From NCBI GenBank assembly GCA_050084515.1, contig CM114271.1:23994001-24058000 (forward strand): 64,000 nucleotides of DNA. The letters run 5' to 3'. Below, in pieces: positions 37,267 to 49,200 of the stretch. The DNA is from Blasia pusilla (taxonomy: Eukaryota). The notes under the pieces are model-generated. The model saw only the letters and a program-made list of their open reading frames with translations, did no database searches and was not told where the DNA came from. A program made the position numbers and the translations under genes. Within the stretch, counting starts at the first letter, position 1; the number at the start of each line of letters is the position of its first letter.

Positions 37267-39435
37267 GGAGATATACTATCTGAAATTCGCACGCATTGAG
37301 CCTTACCCGAATTTGAAAATATATTTGAGATTATACTACAGGAATTGAGCCTTACCTGAATCTGACTCGTTGCGGATCGGAGTGGGTACTCATTTTTTAT
37401 GATTCACGATTACGCCGTCCTCCACTTTAGCAACCTCTTGACGCACTGGAGGTTGAAGAGCTCATCCTCGCTCCCTCCAGTCAACACTAAGAAGCAGCCC
37501 TTGTCACTCAGATAGGCGTCTGCAAAGGAGAACAATAGCGCAATTTGGTCATAAGAGAGCGGCACATTCCAGTCAGGTACCCCGTCCGACGGATTCTCGC
37601 CCCACAATCGCAACCCCAAGGACAGATCAGCGATCAAGAGATCCACCACAACCTCTTCGACCACTCCATTCACCGCCCAGGAGTGTGCCTGTTTCGTTGG
37701 AGCTTCCGTCCTTGCGTTGTCAATTTATCAATGGCTGGTGTCGACGATTGAGAACTGAAGCTTTTCAGCTCATCGAGTAAAAGAGTGAACTGAAGGAGGA
37801 CGCTTGTCCAGGTCGTTGTTTCTCTGTGTCTTCCCAAGGATGATGGACTGTATTCTCCTTGGGACAACCCTCGCACCTCTCGCTTCCGCTTCTCCCGAGT
37901 CTGCGGACGGCTTGTTGGGGTCTCTATGACCTCAGACTTTGGTGGGGTTTTTTTCGCCGAGGACCTAGTCCGACCCTCTCTCTCCGCTCGCCCGGACGAT
38001 TCTACCTCTGGCCTTGAATCTTCAGCCTCTCTTTGGGAAGAATCGGCCTCGGAATTCTTCCCTCCCCTCGCCTCTCCTTTGAGACCCGCTGTGGATTTGT
38101 CTTTGGCTTTGCGGACCTTGGAAGCCAACTAAGCTGTCTCGTGGGCTTGCTCTTCCGCATCTCCTCTGAAGAAGTCTTCAGGCTGCACAAAATTGGGGAT
38201 GTCGTCTTGTCCTGAGGCCACTGCATCATGAAGCACTCGTTAATCCTTCTCGGTGATGTCTTCAGGGTCGTTGAAGTCAAGCCAAATGGGGCAATTCTGC
38301 ACCTCCCAATCGGACATGTGTTGCGCCATCTCCATGTCGTACATGGAGAATGTCTCTCCATAGGCGGCGAAGCCCAAAATTTCAAGGCTGCCAGTAATTT
38401 TCCCTAGCTACCTGCATTCTTACAGTGGACGAGGTACCTGATGACCATCCGTTGGGCAGCTTTTACTCGAATTGAATCGGCCGTCTGCTCCTGTAGATCT
38501 CGCTTCTTCTTTGCTTGATCCCGTTTGTTCCCCTCGATTTCTTCGTCAAGCTCTGCCTGAGGGAGGACGCAAACCTTGAACATTGTCTTGAATCCGGGGT
38601 TTTTTATTGGCTTGTCCCGGATGTCGTCGAGAAAAACCTTGAAATCTACAGAACTTTCCAGGTTTGCTTCATCCGGAATGGGCTCTAATCTTTTGAGCTC
38701 CGCTTGCAGACTGTCCAACACGGACTTCCCGATAACCCGCAACGCGTCCCAGAACGACCATTCGCGGAGCCAGTGGGAGATCACTGGATCGGACACACCC
38801 GTAGGATGGTGTGCCGCCCTCTTCTAGGCCTTTGTGCCCTCGAGACTGATTTTCATCAATCGGATCCTCCTAAACTCGCTTATGCCGGACAACGCAAACC
38901 GATGCACGCGATCCAGGGACACTTTCTCCCCAATCCGACCTTGCGGATCTTCATCCCTTTTCCGCTGGCGCTTGATAATCGCCTTCAGCTCCTTGTAAAA
39001 CTCCGGACCAAGTTCGGGGTTGAGAATGTTGATGTATCGCTGCATCTTGCTCGCCGTGTATTTCGTGGCTGCAGATACTGCAGCTTGGATGAATTTTGCG
39101 CGCTTAGACCCAGATACTTTCTCCCTCGGCTCCAGCTCCAGTGCATCGCTCTTCTTCGCGGCCTGTGTCTTCGACCAGCAAAGGATGGTTATGGCTGCAT
39201 CTTGGGAAATAAACTTATTTGCCCAAGTTTTCTTTTTTATCTGTGCATCCTTTGCAAGCATCTGATTTACCAGGGCATCGCCCAAGAACCCCTTGTACTC
39301 TTCCGGGTGCGTCGTAAGCACCTTCTTCACCCGATCGCAGTCCTGGATCCAGTGGTGGGTGACATTCCCCTCCGATATAATCCTGCACATCCAAACTCAA
39401 CCCGTCAGAAAATTTGTAAGTTACATGGGTTCCTG

Positions 39436-40175
39436 CAACCCGTCGGACTCCGACGGGTCGTCACAGCTCAAGGTCGGATTCTAGCAACGAGCTAAATGAT
39501 GCAACCCGTCGGAGTCCGACGGATTGCATTCACATTTGTGAATGCCTGGTTTCAACCCGTCGGACTCCGACGGGTTTTCAGATAGTCCGTATCAAACGTG
39601 AACATAGCAACCCGTCGGAGTCCGATAGGTTGCGCAATTGAATGGAAACCTGCAATTTGACGCGAAATTTGCGATACCAACTTCCGAATGCAACCCGTCG
39701 GACTCCGACAAGTTGCTTTTGGGCCAAAAACATAAAAAAAACCTCCAAACAGTTTCGAGTCAAGCAACCCGTCGGACTCCGACGGGTTGCTTTGGGCCAA
39801 AAACATACTCAACCTGTGGTCAGTCGAACAACTCGTCGGAGTCCGACGAGTTGCTTTCTTCAAAAAACATCCTGAAAAGGCGGTGAGTCGAGCAACCCGT
39901 CGGACTCCGACGGGTTGCTTTGGGCCAAAAACTTACTAAACCTGTGGTCAGTCGAACAACTCGTTGAAGTCCGACGAGTTGCATTCTTCAAAAAACATCA
40001 TGAAAAGGCGTCGAGTCGAGCAACTCGTCGGAGTCCGACGAGTTGCTTTCGGCAAAAAATAACGTTACCCATTCATCAATCGAGCAACTTGTCAAAGTCC
40101 GGCGAGTTGCGTTTGGCCAAAAGCATCCCAACAACACTGTTGACGGAAACAACTTGTCGGAGTCCGACGGTTTGC
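39436..40175. repeat. Intronic array of CAACCCGTCGG-N3-CCGACGGGTTG palindromes, 64-bp period in the distal half
   Basis: Copies start at 39436, 39502, 39553, 39608, 39691, 39765, 39829, 39893, 39957, 40021, 40085 and 40150. Confidence 0.92.
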
Positions 40176-41738
40176 AGCAAGAAGAGACTTACGTGTTCAT
40201 GGCATGCATTGCCATCTCCACCGTCGCCATGTGATGAGGGTATGGATGAAGGACCACTGCCTTCACGCAAAAATGTGCCTCCAAGGAGTTGGGCTGCTCC
40301 TCTGCAAACTTGGTCCACGCCATGAACCTGTGATTTCCATCCGAGATGAAGAAATAAAGATTCCTCATCCAGCTGAATTCCGTGCCCTCTACTTGCCTTC
40401 TGAAATCCTGGTCTCTCATCCTCCAGAATGTGTCGAGCTTATCCAAGTCCTCCTCCGTAACCAGGGCTTGGGTTCCATGCTCGTCGTAAGGCTGAACATA
40501 GAAGGGAGGGAAGCTTTCGACGAAGGATGCTGTTGCCGCCGATTGTTTAAGCTTCGCGATGTCCTCGTCAGACTGAATTTCGCGGACGTATTCCATTGTC
40601 TGCAATCAGCAGAGTGGAATCCTCGGGGCGTTGTGGCCCTCCATCAGTGCCATCTGCTTTACCACCTTTCAGAATCGAGACAAGATCAATAAGCTTCACT
40701 GAATTCCCAATGAATTGCAAATCACATAATTCAAAAAACCCAGATCCTCTCTTACCCGCTCGAAAATTGGGTCGGTTTCTTGACCAGCCAACTTGTCTGA
40801 GACAGCAGTTGGCAAGTCGACTGGGAACTCTTCGATCCGATAGAGGTCGATGTCTTCCGCCAGGCTTGGAGACGAGAATGACCGCTCTTCGGCTTCTTCG
40901 GCAATGTCCACCATTTCCACGCTGGCGGTCCTCATTACCTCATCGTCCGTGATTTGATCTTATGGCGTTTCCGCTATGTTGATTGTGTCCCCGGACTTCA
41001 TCCGGGACATTTCCCGCATCTCAACACTTTCGGTTGGACAGGCAGGGCTGTCGTAAATGGCTATCGCTTTTTCCCTCCTTGCTTTAGCCAATTCTGCTCT
41101 CCTCACCGACGCGTCCAGACGCTTCTTTTCTCTCTTTTCGTCGGCGATCCTTTTCTTCAAGGCCTGCGACGTCTCAGCCTCTACGTTATGTCTATGGAGC
41201 GCCTCTTGAACACGTCTCGCAAGAAGCTCCTGGTTGTGCATCTCCGCTTCCCTTTCCCGCTCCTCAATTTCCTGCTGCCTAATTTCATTTGCCGAACGAG
41301 GCGCTGGAGATGCTGACACAGGAGTCCTAATGGACTTCGGAGTGAAGCTCCCAGACTTAGTTGCTTGAACTTTTTTCCTCGTCATTTTTCCCGGAAATGC
41401 CTCCACCTATGTCCACGATGAATCGCTTGATCAATCGCCTTGCGGATGTCGAGATGAGTCACCTTGATGGGAAGCTCGAATCGTCTCGGGATCGTTCAGT
41501 CGAACCGTCTTGCTCTCTTTCCCTCATATCGACTCGCGATGACTCGCCGTGTGAAACGCCCCTTGGTATCTGATCAGCTGCTGCGCGGGAGAGGAATGGA
41601 GATCCCGAAATGAGAAACCGTAAATGAGCGATTTCTGCCCTATTTATACTTTTCTAGCCGTTGGGCTGACCGTTGGGTCCCGTTGTCCTTTCGACGGCGA
41701 CGTTCCGGCCGTTACGGAAGTCCGGATGTGAAAAATGG

Positions 41739-42460
41739 CAACCCGTCGGAGTCCGACAAGTTGCGCGTCTCTGCCGTCCTGGGAAGATAACGCAAGGTGC
41801 GCGAGCAACCCGTCGGAGACCAATAGGTTGAGCACCTCCGCAGTCTTCGGACAAGAACGCAAGGTACCCGCGCAACCCGTCGGAGACCGACAGGTTGCGC
41901 GCCTTCGTCATCTTCGGACAAAAACGGGGCGTACCCGCGCAACCCGTCGGAGACTGACGGGTTGTCGCGCCTCCGCCGTCTTCGGACAAGAACGGGACGT
42001 ACCCGCGCAACCCGTCGGAGACTGTTGGGTTGCATGCTTCCCTCGTCAAGGGTTAACAACGTGGGCTTCCCGCGCAACTCGTCGGAGTCTGACAGGTTGC
42101 ACGCTTCCTTCATGTAAGCGAAACAAGGCAAGGCCCTTGCGCAACCCGTCGGAGGGCGACGGGTTGCACGCCTCGCCGTCTTTGGGCAAGAAGGTGCGGA
42201 ACTCGTCGGGAACAGACGGTTTGCACGCTTCCTTCATAATTGGGCAACTTGTCTAATGCCGACGGGTTGCAATCCTCCGGCATCTTCGGGCAAGAAGGAG
42301 CAGTATCCGAGCAACTCGTCGGAGAGCGACGGGTTGCCAGCTTTGACCATGTTTGCGTTTGAAGGTAAGGCAGAAGCGTGCAACCCGTCCGAAGCCGACG
42401 AGTTGCAGGCTTCGCTTAGCTTGGGTTAATTGTTGAGTTACCAGGACTCCGACGGGTTCC
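41739..42460. repeat. Array of the same 25-bp palindrome with 67-bp period, between the divergent cargo and transposase genes
   Basis: Copies start at 41739, 41806, 41873, 41940, 42008, 42075 and 42142, then 42245, 42312 and 42381. Confidence 0.92.
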
Positions 42461-42712
42461 AACAAAATGAAGTGTGTTAAACGCAACCCACGTCTCTGCT
42501 TCCCAAATCCGGTAACACATTGCAACAGAATTGAATCTATTGCAACAGAATTGGATCCATTGTGTCAGATAATTTCACCTACCGAACTTCATCTTGTCAG
42601 TAAAATTTTTTCAGGAGTATATGTTTTCCTATTCACTATAAATTAAAAATTCTGATTCTCATTCTGATTCTCTTTCTCATTCTCACCCTCCTCCCATACA
42701 AAATTTCTGGGG

Positions 42713-44687
42713 ATGGATAATTATGTGAAGCTCACTTGTGGCAGTCATCTGGCGGTCCTTCCTCAATCAAAAATCATTCGACCGCAAGCTCATGAGTCTT
42801 TCATAGCAATGGATGAAAATTTTCTCTCTGTTCGATTTCTTCTCCAAATTGGAACCATCTTTGTATCCAAGGATGTTAGGGTGGACGGTACGGAAGACAT
42901 AATAGATGAGACAGTCCAGCCAGTGACTTCAGACCGTAAAGTATGGAATCTCCTACCTCTAGCAAATGGTCAATACAGAGTTTACGGCCTGCCCCTGAAT
43001 TTGTCTATTTCCCAAGTAGACGGTCGAGAATTTCCTAGTGCTCCAAGCTCTACGTTTGCAACTCCTAGCTCAGTAGATCCGGCTTCGACTCCAACTTTAC
43101 ACGCTCGTAACAATGTTCTTCCTGAAGAGATTCCGGATGTTATCAACCTCAGTGGATCTATCGGACACCAACCGGGCCCTCTGTCCGCCTACTCGTTCCT
43201 CTTGCGAGTATCAGGCAATAGTTTGCTTTCGTCTCTGGCCTTGAAAATGTTCAAGCACATTCTTGTCGACGACCTGCCGCCCACGTACGATGGTAATTTC
43301 ATTTTTGAGTTGCCTCCACTTGCTGCTCCTGCCCAAAAGAAAGATGGAGGACGCCTGAAGGGTATGGACAGAAAGTCTTATTGTCATCGATGGTGCAGGC
43401 TTCAACGGACTAGTGCTTCAATTCCAGATGGTCCTTGGATTGTCTCCCGCCGCCAATGCGTCGGAGCCTTGGAGTGTAGAAGTCCAGCATGCCCGTATCT
43501 AGAGCGCAACAGGCGAGTCAATACGTCGCAATTCCCCCCCCCCCCAAGAATGCAGAAACTCCATACGAGGTCGGTGCCACCATATCTCCGGGAGGCCATC
43601 GATGTCCTCATTGTTAGGCATCGCCCTTCTACGTTGGAGCGTGTCCTACATACATATTTTTCATTGTCCACGACTTGGGCTCCACGTCAGAGTACACAAG
43701 GCTGGCAGTTCATGTTGGCTCCCACACTCATCTTGTGACCGATGCAATTCAGAGACACATCAAGGAGGATGTGGCGAAGAAAGTTGCCGAGGTCTATAGA
43801 AACTCTCCGGGTTCAAAGCCCGGAGTGATCAAGCTCACAACGGCATCACAAATTTGTGAACAATTGCTTGGAATCCCTGGACAGGGCGAGCTCACGGCGG
43901 CTGAGGAGAAACAACTCTGGGAAAATATCGCATTTCTCGCTGATCCTCAATGCTTCCGGAATTTGCTGCGTCAAATACGAGTTCTAGATGGAAAGACGGC
44001 CCAAATGGATGCCATCGCCAGAATCAAGGCCAACTCCAGATTTCCATTCATTCAGAGATGGCAGTTCATGGGCCAAGGAGGCAAGGGATTCAGGGCCTAT
44101 GTCTGCAAAATGTCAACCACAGGTCCGTCGAGTGGCCTCGATCTTATAGATCGAATGAGGGAAGGGGAAGATCTTTACGGCAGCTGGGTAAGCTTTGATA
44201 TTTGCTACAGAGTGCTGAATGGATGGTTGACGATGGGTGCTCACGTTTATGACCATGTGGAGAAGGGACTCAAAACTATATTTGTCTGTGAAGTAAAGGC
44301 AGAAGACGTTGGCAGTTTGAAGATGTGCTGGTTACTCTTATTGGAGGTGGTGAAGGAAAACAAAAGGCCACCTCCGGAAATTTATGGGTTCATGGCAGAC
44401 AATGCACAACCTGGGTGGATTGCTATCCGGGAAGTGTTCTGGAGTGGAGAGGTTCAACCGGAGAGGGAAAGGTCGGATGCTTTCCATTGTGATCGTGACC
44501 CGGTACACCAAATCTTGCATCAAGGAGAATAAGAGGACAGAGCATGTCACTCTACTCCAACGCTGCAAGGACAGCAAAACCTTGAAGCAGGCCATGGAAT
44601 GCCAGGAAGAACTTCATGGGTGGTGGAGGAAGCATGCGATTGAGGGGAAGTACAAAGAGTTGTGCTCTTGGTTGAGTTGGTGGTGTA
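42713..44687 (+). pseudogene. MULE-like transposase N-terminal part (GCM/WRKY-like Zn domain, first two catalytic D), frameshifted
   Basis: RRQCVGALECRSPACPYL..HRCPHC..HVGSHTH; WVSFDICYRV (D1), GFMADNAQ (D2), DAFH, WLSWW; frameshift at the poly-C run near 43540. Confidence 0.75.
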
Positions 44688-46232
44688 TACAAGGAGGCTG
44701 GTCCTGGCTTGGTTTGGGATGACCAGGTTCAGAGGTTGGTGGCCCAACGCCAACAAGAGAGAGCGGGCGATGGTATTTCCCCCAGGAGTGACGGCAGTCC
44801 CGTTAGTATCAGAGGCATCACGACGCCATGTCTTGGGTCAGGGGATGGACTTGAACTGTTTAACATGGATCCTCATCTTGGGAGTGGCTGAGCAGCGTCG
44901 TATGAGATCACGACAGAGTACATCGGTTGCGTTGGTGAGCCCCATGCCTACCGAGATGGTGGAGGCAGTGGTTGGGGGCGAGACCTGAGAAGATCTACGC
45001 ACCAGGGGAGATCGGAAGAGACACCCTTGGACTTCTCGGGATGTTTCGCAGGTACTCTAGGAGATGATAGCCACATCATTGAGCGTGGTTCTGGGCACTG
45101 CACGTGGAGGAGATCAGAGTTTGCAGTTGGCTGCAGGAGAGCGGCAGAGTGTTGTTGTTCAAGATGGGGTTACATCATAGCAACCACCAATACCCGCGCC
45201 GTAGAGTCCTACCGTAGTCACGATGGAGACTTGGGAGCCAGATATGGATCCTAAGTTGACAAGAGGAGAGCGGCGCCAAATACATCAGTTCCCCAGGAGT
45301 TATAGGAGCAGCTTTGCATTTAGCATGGAGGATTTGGGTACGCTGAAGGGACCGGGGATCCGCATTGAGTTATCGAGTGATACGCCGATCTTCAGACGAC
45401 CCTACAGGTACAATGATATGGAGAGGGCTGTGATTCAAAGTAGGAGCCAGGACTTGGTCGGAGCAGGACAAGTGGAGATGTCGCATGGGGAGTATGCATT
45501 TGCCACTGTCATGCCCGCCCAGAAGGATGTGCATGGCAACTGGACAGAGAGGCGGATGTGTGGGGATTACTGACCTATCAATCGGCAGACAAAGTCCAAT
45601 AGGTATGCCATGCCCACCCTTGAGGAGATCTTTGATGCGATTGGTCACGCAAAGGTCTTCAATTCATTAAATTTGTGAGCCGGATATCATCAACTACCTT
45701 TCAGATTGGAGGACAGGCAGAAGACGGCATTTTGGGGCATCGATCCTCACGGGAAGGATTGTTTGTACCAATGGTGGTTCTTACCATTTGGGTTAAAGAA
45801 CGCCCCGGCTGAGTTTCAGAGGATCATGGATAGGATCTTGGTGGTCTGGATTTTGCTAGGTGTTATATTGATGACATCGTAGTCTTTAGCGCCACGGTTG
45901 AGGAGCATGAGCGATATCTAGAGGAGGTGTTTCGACGATTGCAATTCTATGGGTTGAAGCTACATCCAGCCAAGTGCAAGTTCTTCTACGACCAGATTGA
46001 GTACTTGGGTCATACGATATACCCAGCGGGCCTTGGTGTTCAGAAGACAAAGGTAGAGGCTATCTCACGCATTCCACGCCCTACAGATGTAAGCCGTGTT
46101 TGCGCATTCATAGGATTGCCAAACTTCTATCGGCGGTACGTCAAGGGATTTAGTTCGATTGCAAAGCCGCTGACCTTGCTGACCAAGGTGGATCACGAGT
46201 GGCACTGGGGAATGAGCAGGAGCGAGCATTTC
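44688..46232 (+). mobile_element. Gy-5 fragment: DNMT C-terminus and RT
   Basis: ERAMVF, RRHVLGQGMDL, RMCGDY, LPFGLKNAP, YIDD, YLGH. Confidence 0.88.
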
Positions 46233-46241
46233 ATGCTCGCT

Positions 46242-49200
46242 ACGTAACACTGCATGGGGCACCAAGTTATTCCACCATAGACACGCGCGATGGGCTCTAG
46301 AACCTACACTCGCCGCATCCATGAACACTGCTGGGTTGATCCAGGCACGCACCTGATGAGCACTCGTCACCACCCGTGACCTAGAGTCTCTTAAAATTGG
46401 CATATTCTCTAGAATGTAGGGTGGAGAACGAGATTGGTGCTCTTGCAACTGCCGTAAGACCCTCAACATCTCCCAAAATAACCTCGAACGAGTATCAGCC
46501 AATCCATTGACTCGTCCAGCACTCAATTGGCCTTGACATGGCCAACCGGCAATGACCAAATCAATGGTGCCTAACCGCTCTAAGTCCTATACCCCTAGCA
46601 ACAAAATATCCCTCGGTAGGGAACATTGGTACCCTTGTACCGCGGACGCATACAATAAGTCGGGAAAATGTAGGCGTAATTGAGCCACATGTTGTAGGGA
46701 GACGCACTTTGCAACATCATCACTCTCCACATACAGGTACTGCTACACTCGCTTTCTTGCCTACAAAATAGTAGCTAACCCGGTGCTAATCCCTCCAAAG
46801 AGATCTACCACTCGAGTACCCTCCTCCGGCATACACCACACAATGGGTGTAGTATCCAAGGATGTCATCGTCGCACTCCTTGCTACCTCAGGTTCCTCAG
46901 ACCCATCACGATGCGGTGCAAACGCCTCGCTCCACGCGGTCTTTACGTGTTCATCTGCCAATCGTCGAAGCTCCTCAGTCGAGCCCCACAATGGCACCTC
47001 TCCTCCACGGAATGATGCGGCTACCATAACACTCCTCTTCATAGAAATGTCAAGAATGGGAGTATCCTCTGCATGGACATGTCCCTCAATCAAATCACTA
47101 GGCCAAGTGATGGCACTCCTAAATGCTGCTAAGGTCGCCACCTCTCCTAGCCGTCGCTCGATCACTGCACCTATGAATCAAATAGGTAATGAGCTAAGGT
47201 GCCCATCACCTCACTGCCATCGTGGTTTGTAGGATGCTGACTCCTCCCAATAATCCAGGGAAAACCCCATCAGGTATAACACTGCTCCACCAACCAAGAC
47301 GTCATAGGACTCTGCATCAGTCACTATCGCCTTGGCTCGCACCACGGACTCATCTGTAGGACGTCTTGGGCGAATCTTCACCATGACCTCCTATCGGGTG
47401 ATATACTGTGTGGTACTCGCTCCACCCAAGGATGTTTGTATCCGGAATGGACAACGCTCCACTTCGGCTCTCGTCAAGCCCAATCCTTTGAATGACGCTT
47501 TCCCCAACATCAGGGTTGCGCTCCTGAATCCAACAAGACACGCTGCGGACTAAAAGCTCTATCTCTGGGACTCACCAATTGGAAGACCTCTCCTCAATTA
47601 TCCAACAACACAAAACCAGGAGAAGCCATGGCATGGTCTATCGCGGGTCTAGCGGGCATCTCCGCCATTCTAGCAACCGCAGCCTACCATGAATCTGACA
47701 TGGACGGCCCTAGCATCCGCTCCAAGGGCAGGTCCATCGCCTCCTCTGCAATCACCTTTGAACGTGATGCAAGAACTCCAACTCCACGCTCACATAGCGT
47801 AGCGGCTAGCCAAAAAGCCCCAGCAGGCGTACCTCCCAATGTCATAACATCGGAAGCATTAAATAAAGGAGCGCGGTACACAATGGTGGCCGCCCCCAAC
47901 AACGTGCTCGACACATGCCCCTACTGAGCATTAACAATAGGAGTCGTCGCACTCGCTTCTCCCATTGCCCTCCATGCGTGCACACCAACAACATCACCAA
48001 CTCTCCAGGAACTCTGATCAGGACCCATCGATGGGGTCCTCATCGCCTCGGACAACGTGAAAGACTCAAGAAGCTTAATTTGTTTCCTAGCTTCCCCTCG
48101 CTGTGGATCCAACTCTGCGGCTGCTCCACGCGTCACAATTACGGCTGCCTCCATCTGGGCAACCCCGTACATCCAACCAGGTTCCTCCATATCTCTGGCT
48201 GCTCCATATGATGTCGATGCCACGGATCCGACATCCACTAACCTCAATGCCATAGCGACAATTTGCTCTTGTAGCTGTTGTATCTAAGCAGCCATCCCAG
48301 CCTCACGTTGGGCCTCTCCCTCGATGCATCTAGGTGGGACTCTACCTCCTCCACGGGCAGCTCCACCACCCTGTCAGACAACTCCAGCTCCTCATCCCCC
48401 AACGGGACCACCTTGTGCACGATCTCTAGGCCCACCCAGACCGGCTACTCGCTCTGGTGCCCTCTCTTGCCCTCGGTCCGGACGTAACTCAGGATGTACA
48501 CTGAAACACCTGGCGCGTGTATGACCATACATCTGAAAATAGTCACACTGATAACCTCCTTGTGGAGCACCATCTCCTCCTCCATGTTGAGGCACACGTC
48601 CATGACCCTGACGAGTGCAATCGCGCTGATGATGGGCTCCACCACATGACCAACAAGTAATAGTAGGCGGCTTCTACTGAGCCGCATATGAAGGCGCAGG
48701 TCTCTGTGGCACGGCCCCCCGGTATCCTCCCTGAGCTCATGGTGCCACAGTCGACCTATCTCAGAGTCCACGTTGTTGCATAGGTGGTGCAGACAATCGT
48801 GACTGCTCTCGCCCAGAACGCATGGTGGCTGCGCTCTCCTCCGCCATATTGCGCTCAATGTTCTTGGAGGTCCTGAAATCATCCCTCAACCTAGGGCAGG
48901 TGTTCATAAGAAGCACCCCCTCCCGCACCCGTGACCGTAGGGTCCGATCCAACATGGCGTACCATGACTGGATAGCCTGAGCCTCCGTCATCCCTTGAGT
49001 GATGTTGATCAACCGGCGCAAGCAAGTGTAAGCATCACACAAACTCTCACCCGAGCACCTCTGGAAATCGTGGATGCTCCGCAACTTCTCCATCCGTACC
49101 CCCTGGTAGCTCGCCCTCAACTCATCGAAGAACTTAACCACAAAGTTGAACCTGGGACGAACCCGACTAGACGGTGTAACATCACTAGTGGAAGAGGAAG

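Larger units (their letters stand above)
36332..41406 (-). pseudogene. Transposon cargo gene: coiled coil, ParB-N-like domain, helical region, low-complexity linker, beta-class N4C/N6A DNA methyltransferase-like domain; introns ~40191-39384 and ~37356-36847
   Basis: VREIQSDEDIAKLKQS..PPFYV..FFISDGNHRFMAW (ParB/Srx); VDLLIADLSLG..YLSDKGCFLV; REKSPSLMQTLIKLCSRPGDLVFDLVGLSGASIKGAWQSGRNILCLE; in-frame stops at 40960, 38824 and 38404. Confidence 0.7.
34531..44687 (+). mobile_element. MULE-like DNA transposon, main body (other terminus at 34531, cargo gene, palindrome arrays, transposase N-terminal part)
   Basis: Terminus abuts the reverse complement of CCGTTGAC(T); the 30-bp AG-rich subterminal sequence 34561-34590 is identical to 27277-27306. 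Confidence 0.8.

Noticed and set aside
38704-39495. 263-aa plus-strand ORF and similar long ORFs (40204-40692, 41735-42256, 28122-28433)
   Set aside because: These are antisense shadows of real frames or translations of repeats, with no motifs
36332-41406. Bacterial or phage contamination (ParB plus methylase)
   Set aside because: The gene has GT-AG introns, sits between transposon termini with a TSD inside a plant retroelement, and shows the same C-to-T decay
41739-42460. CRISPR array (25-bp palindromic repeat with ~42-bp spacers)
   Set aside because: Spacers are homologous to one another, repeats are degenerate, there are no cas genes, and the same motif lies in spliceosomal introns; this is a tandem repeat
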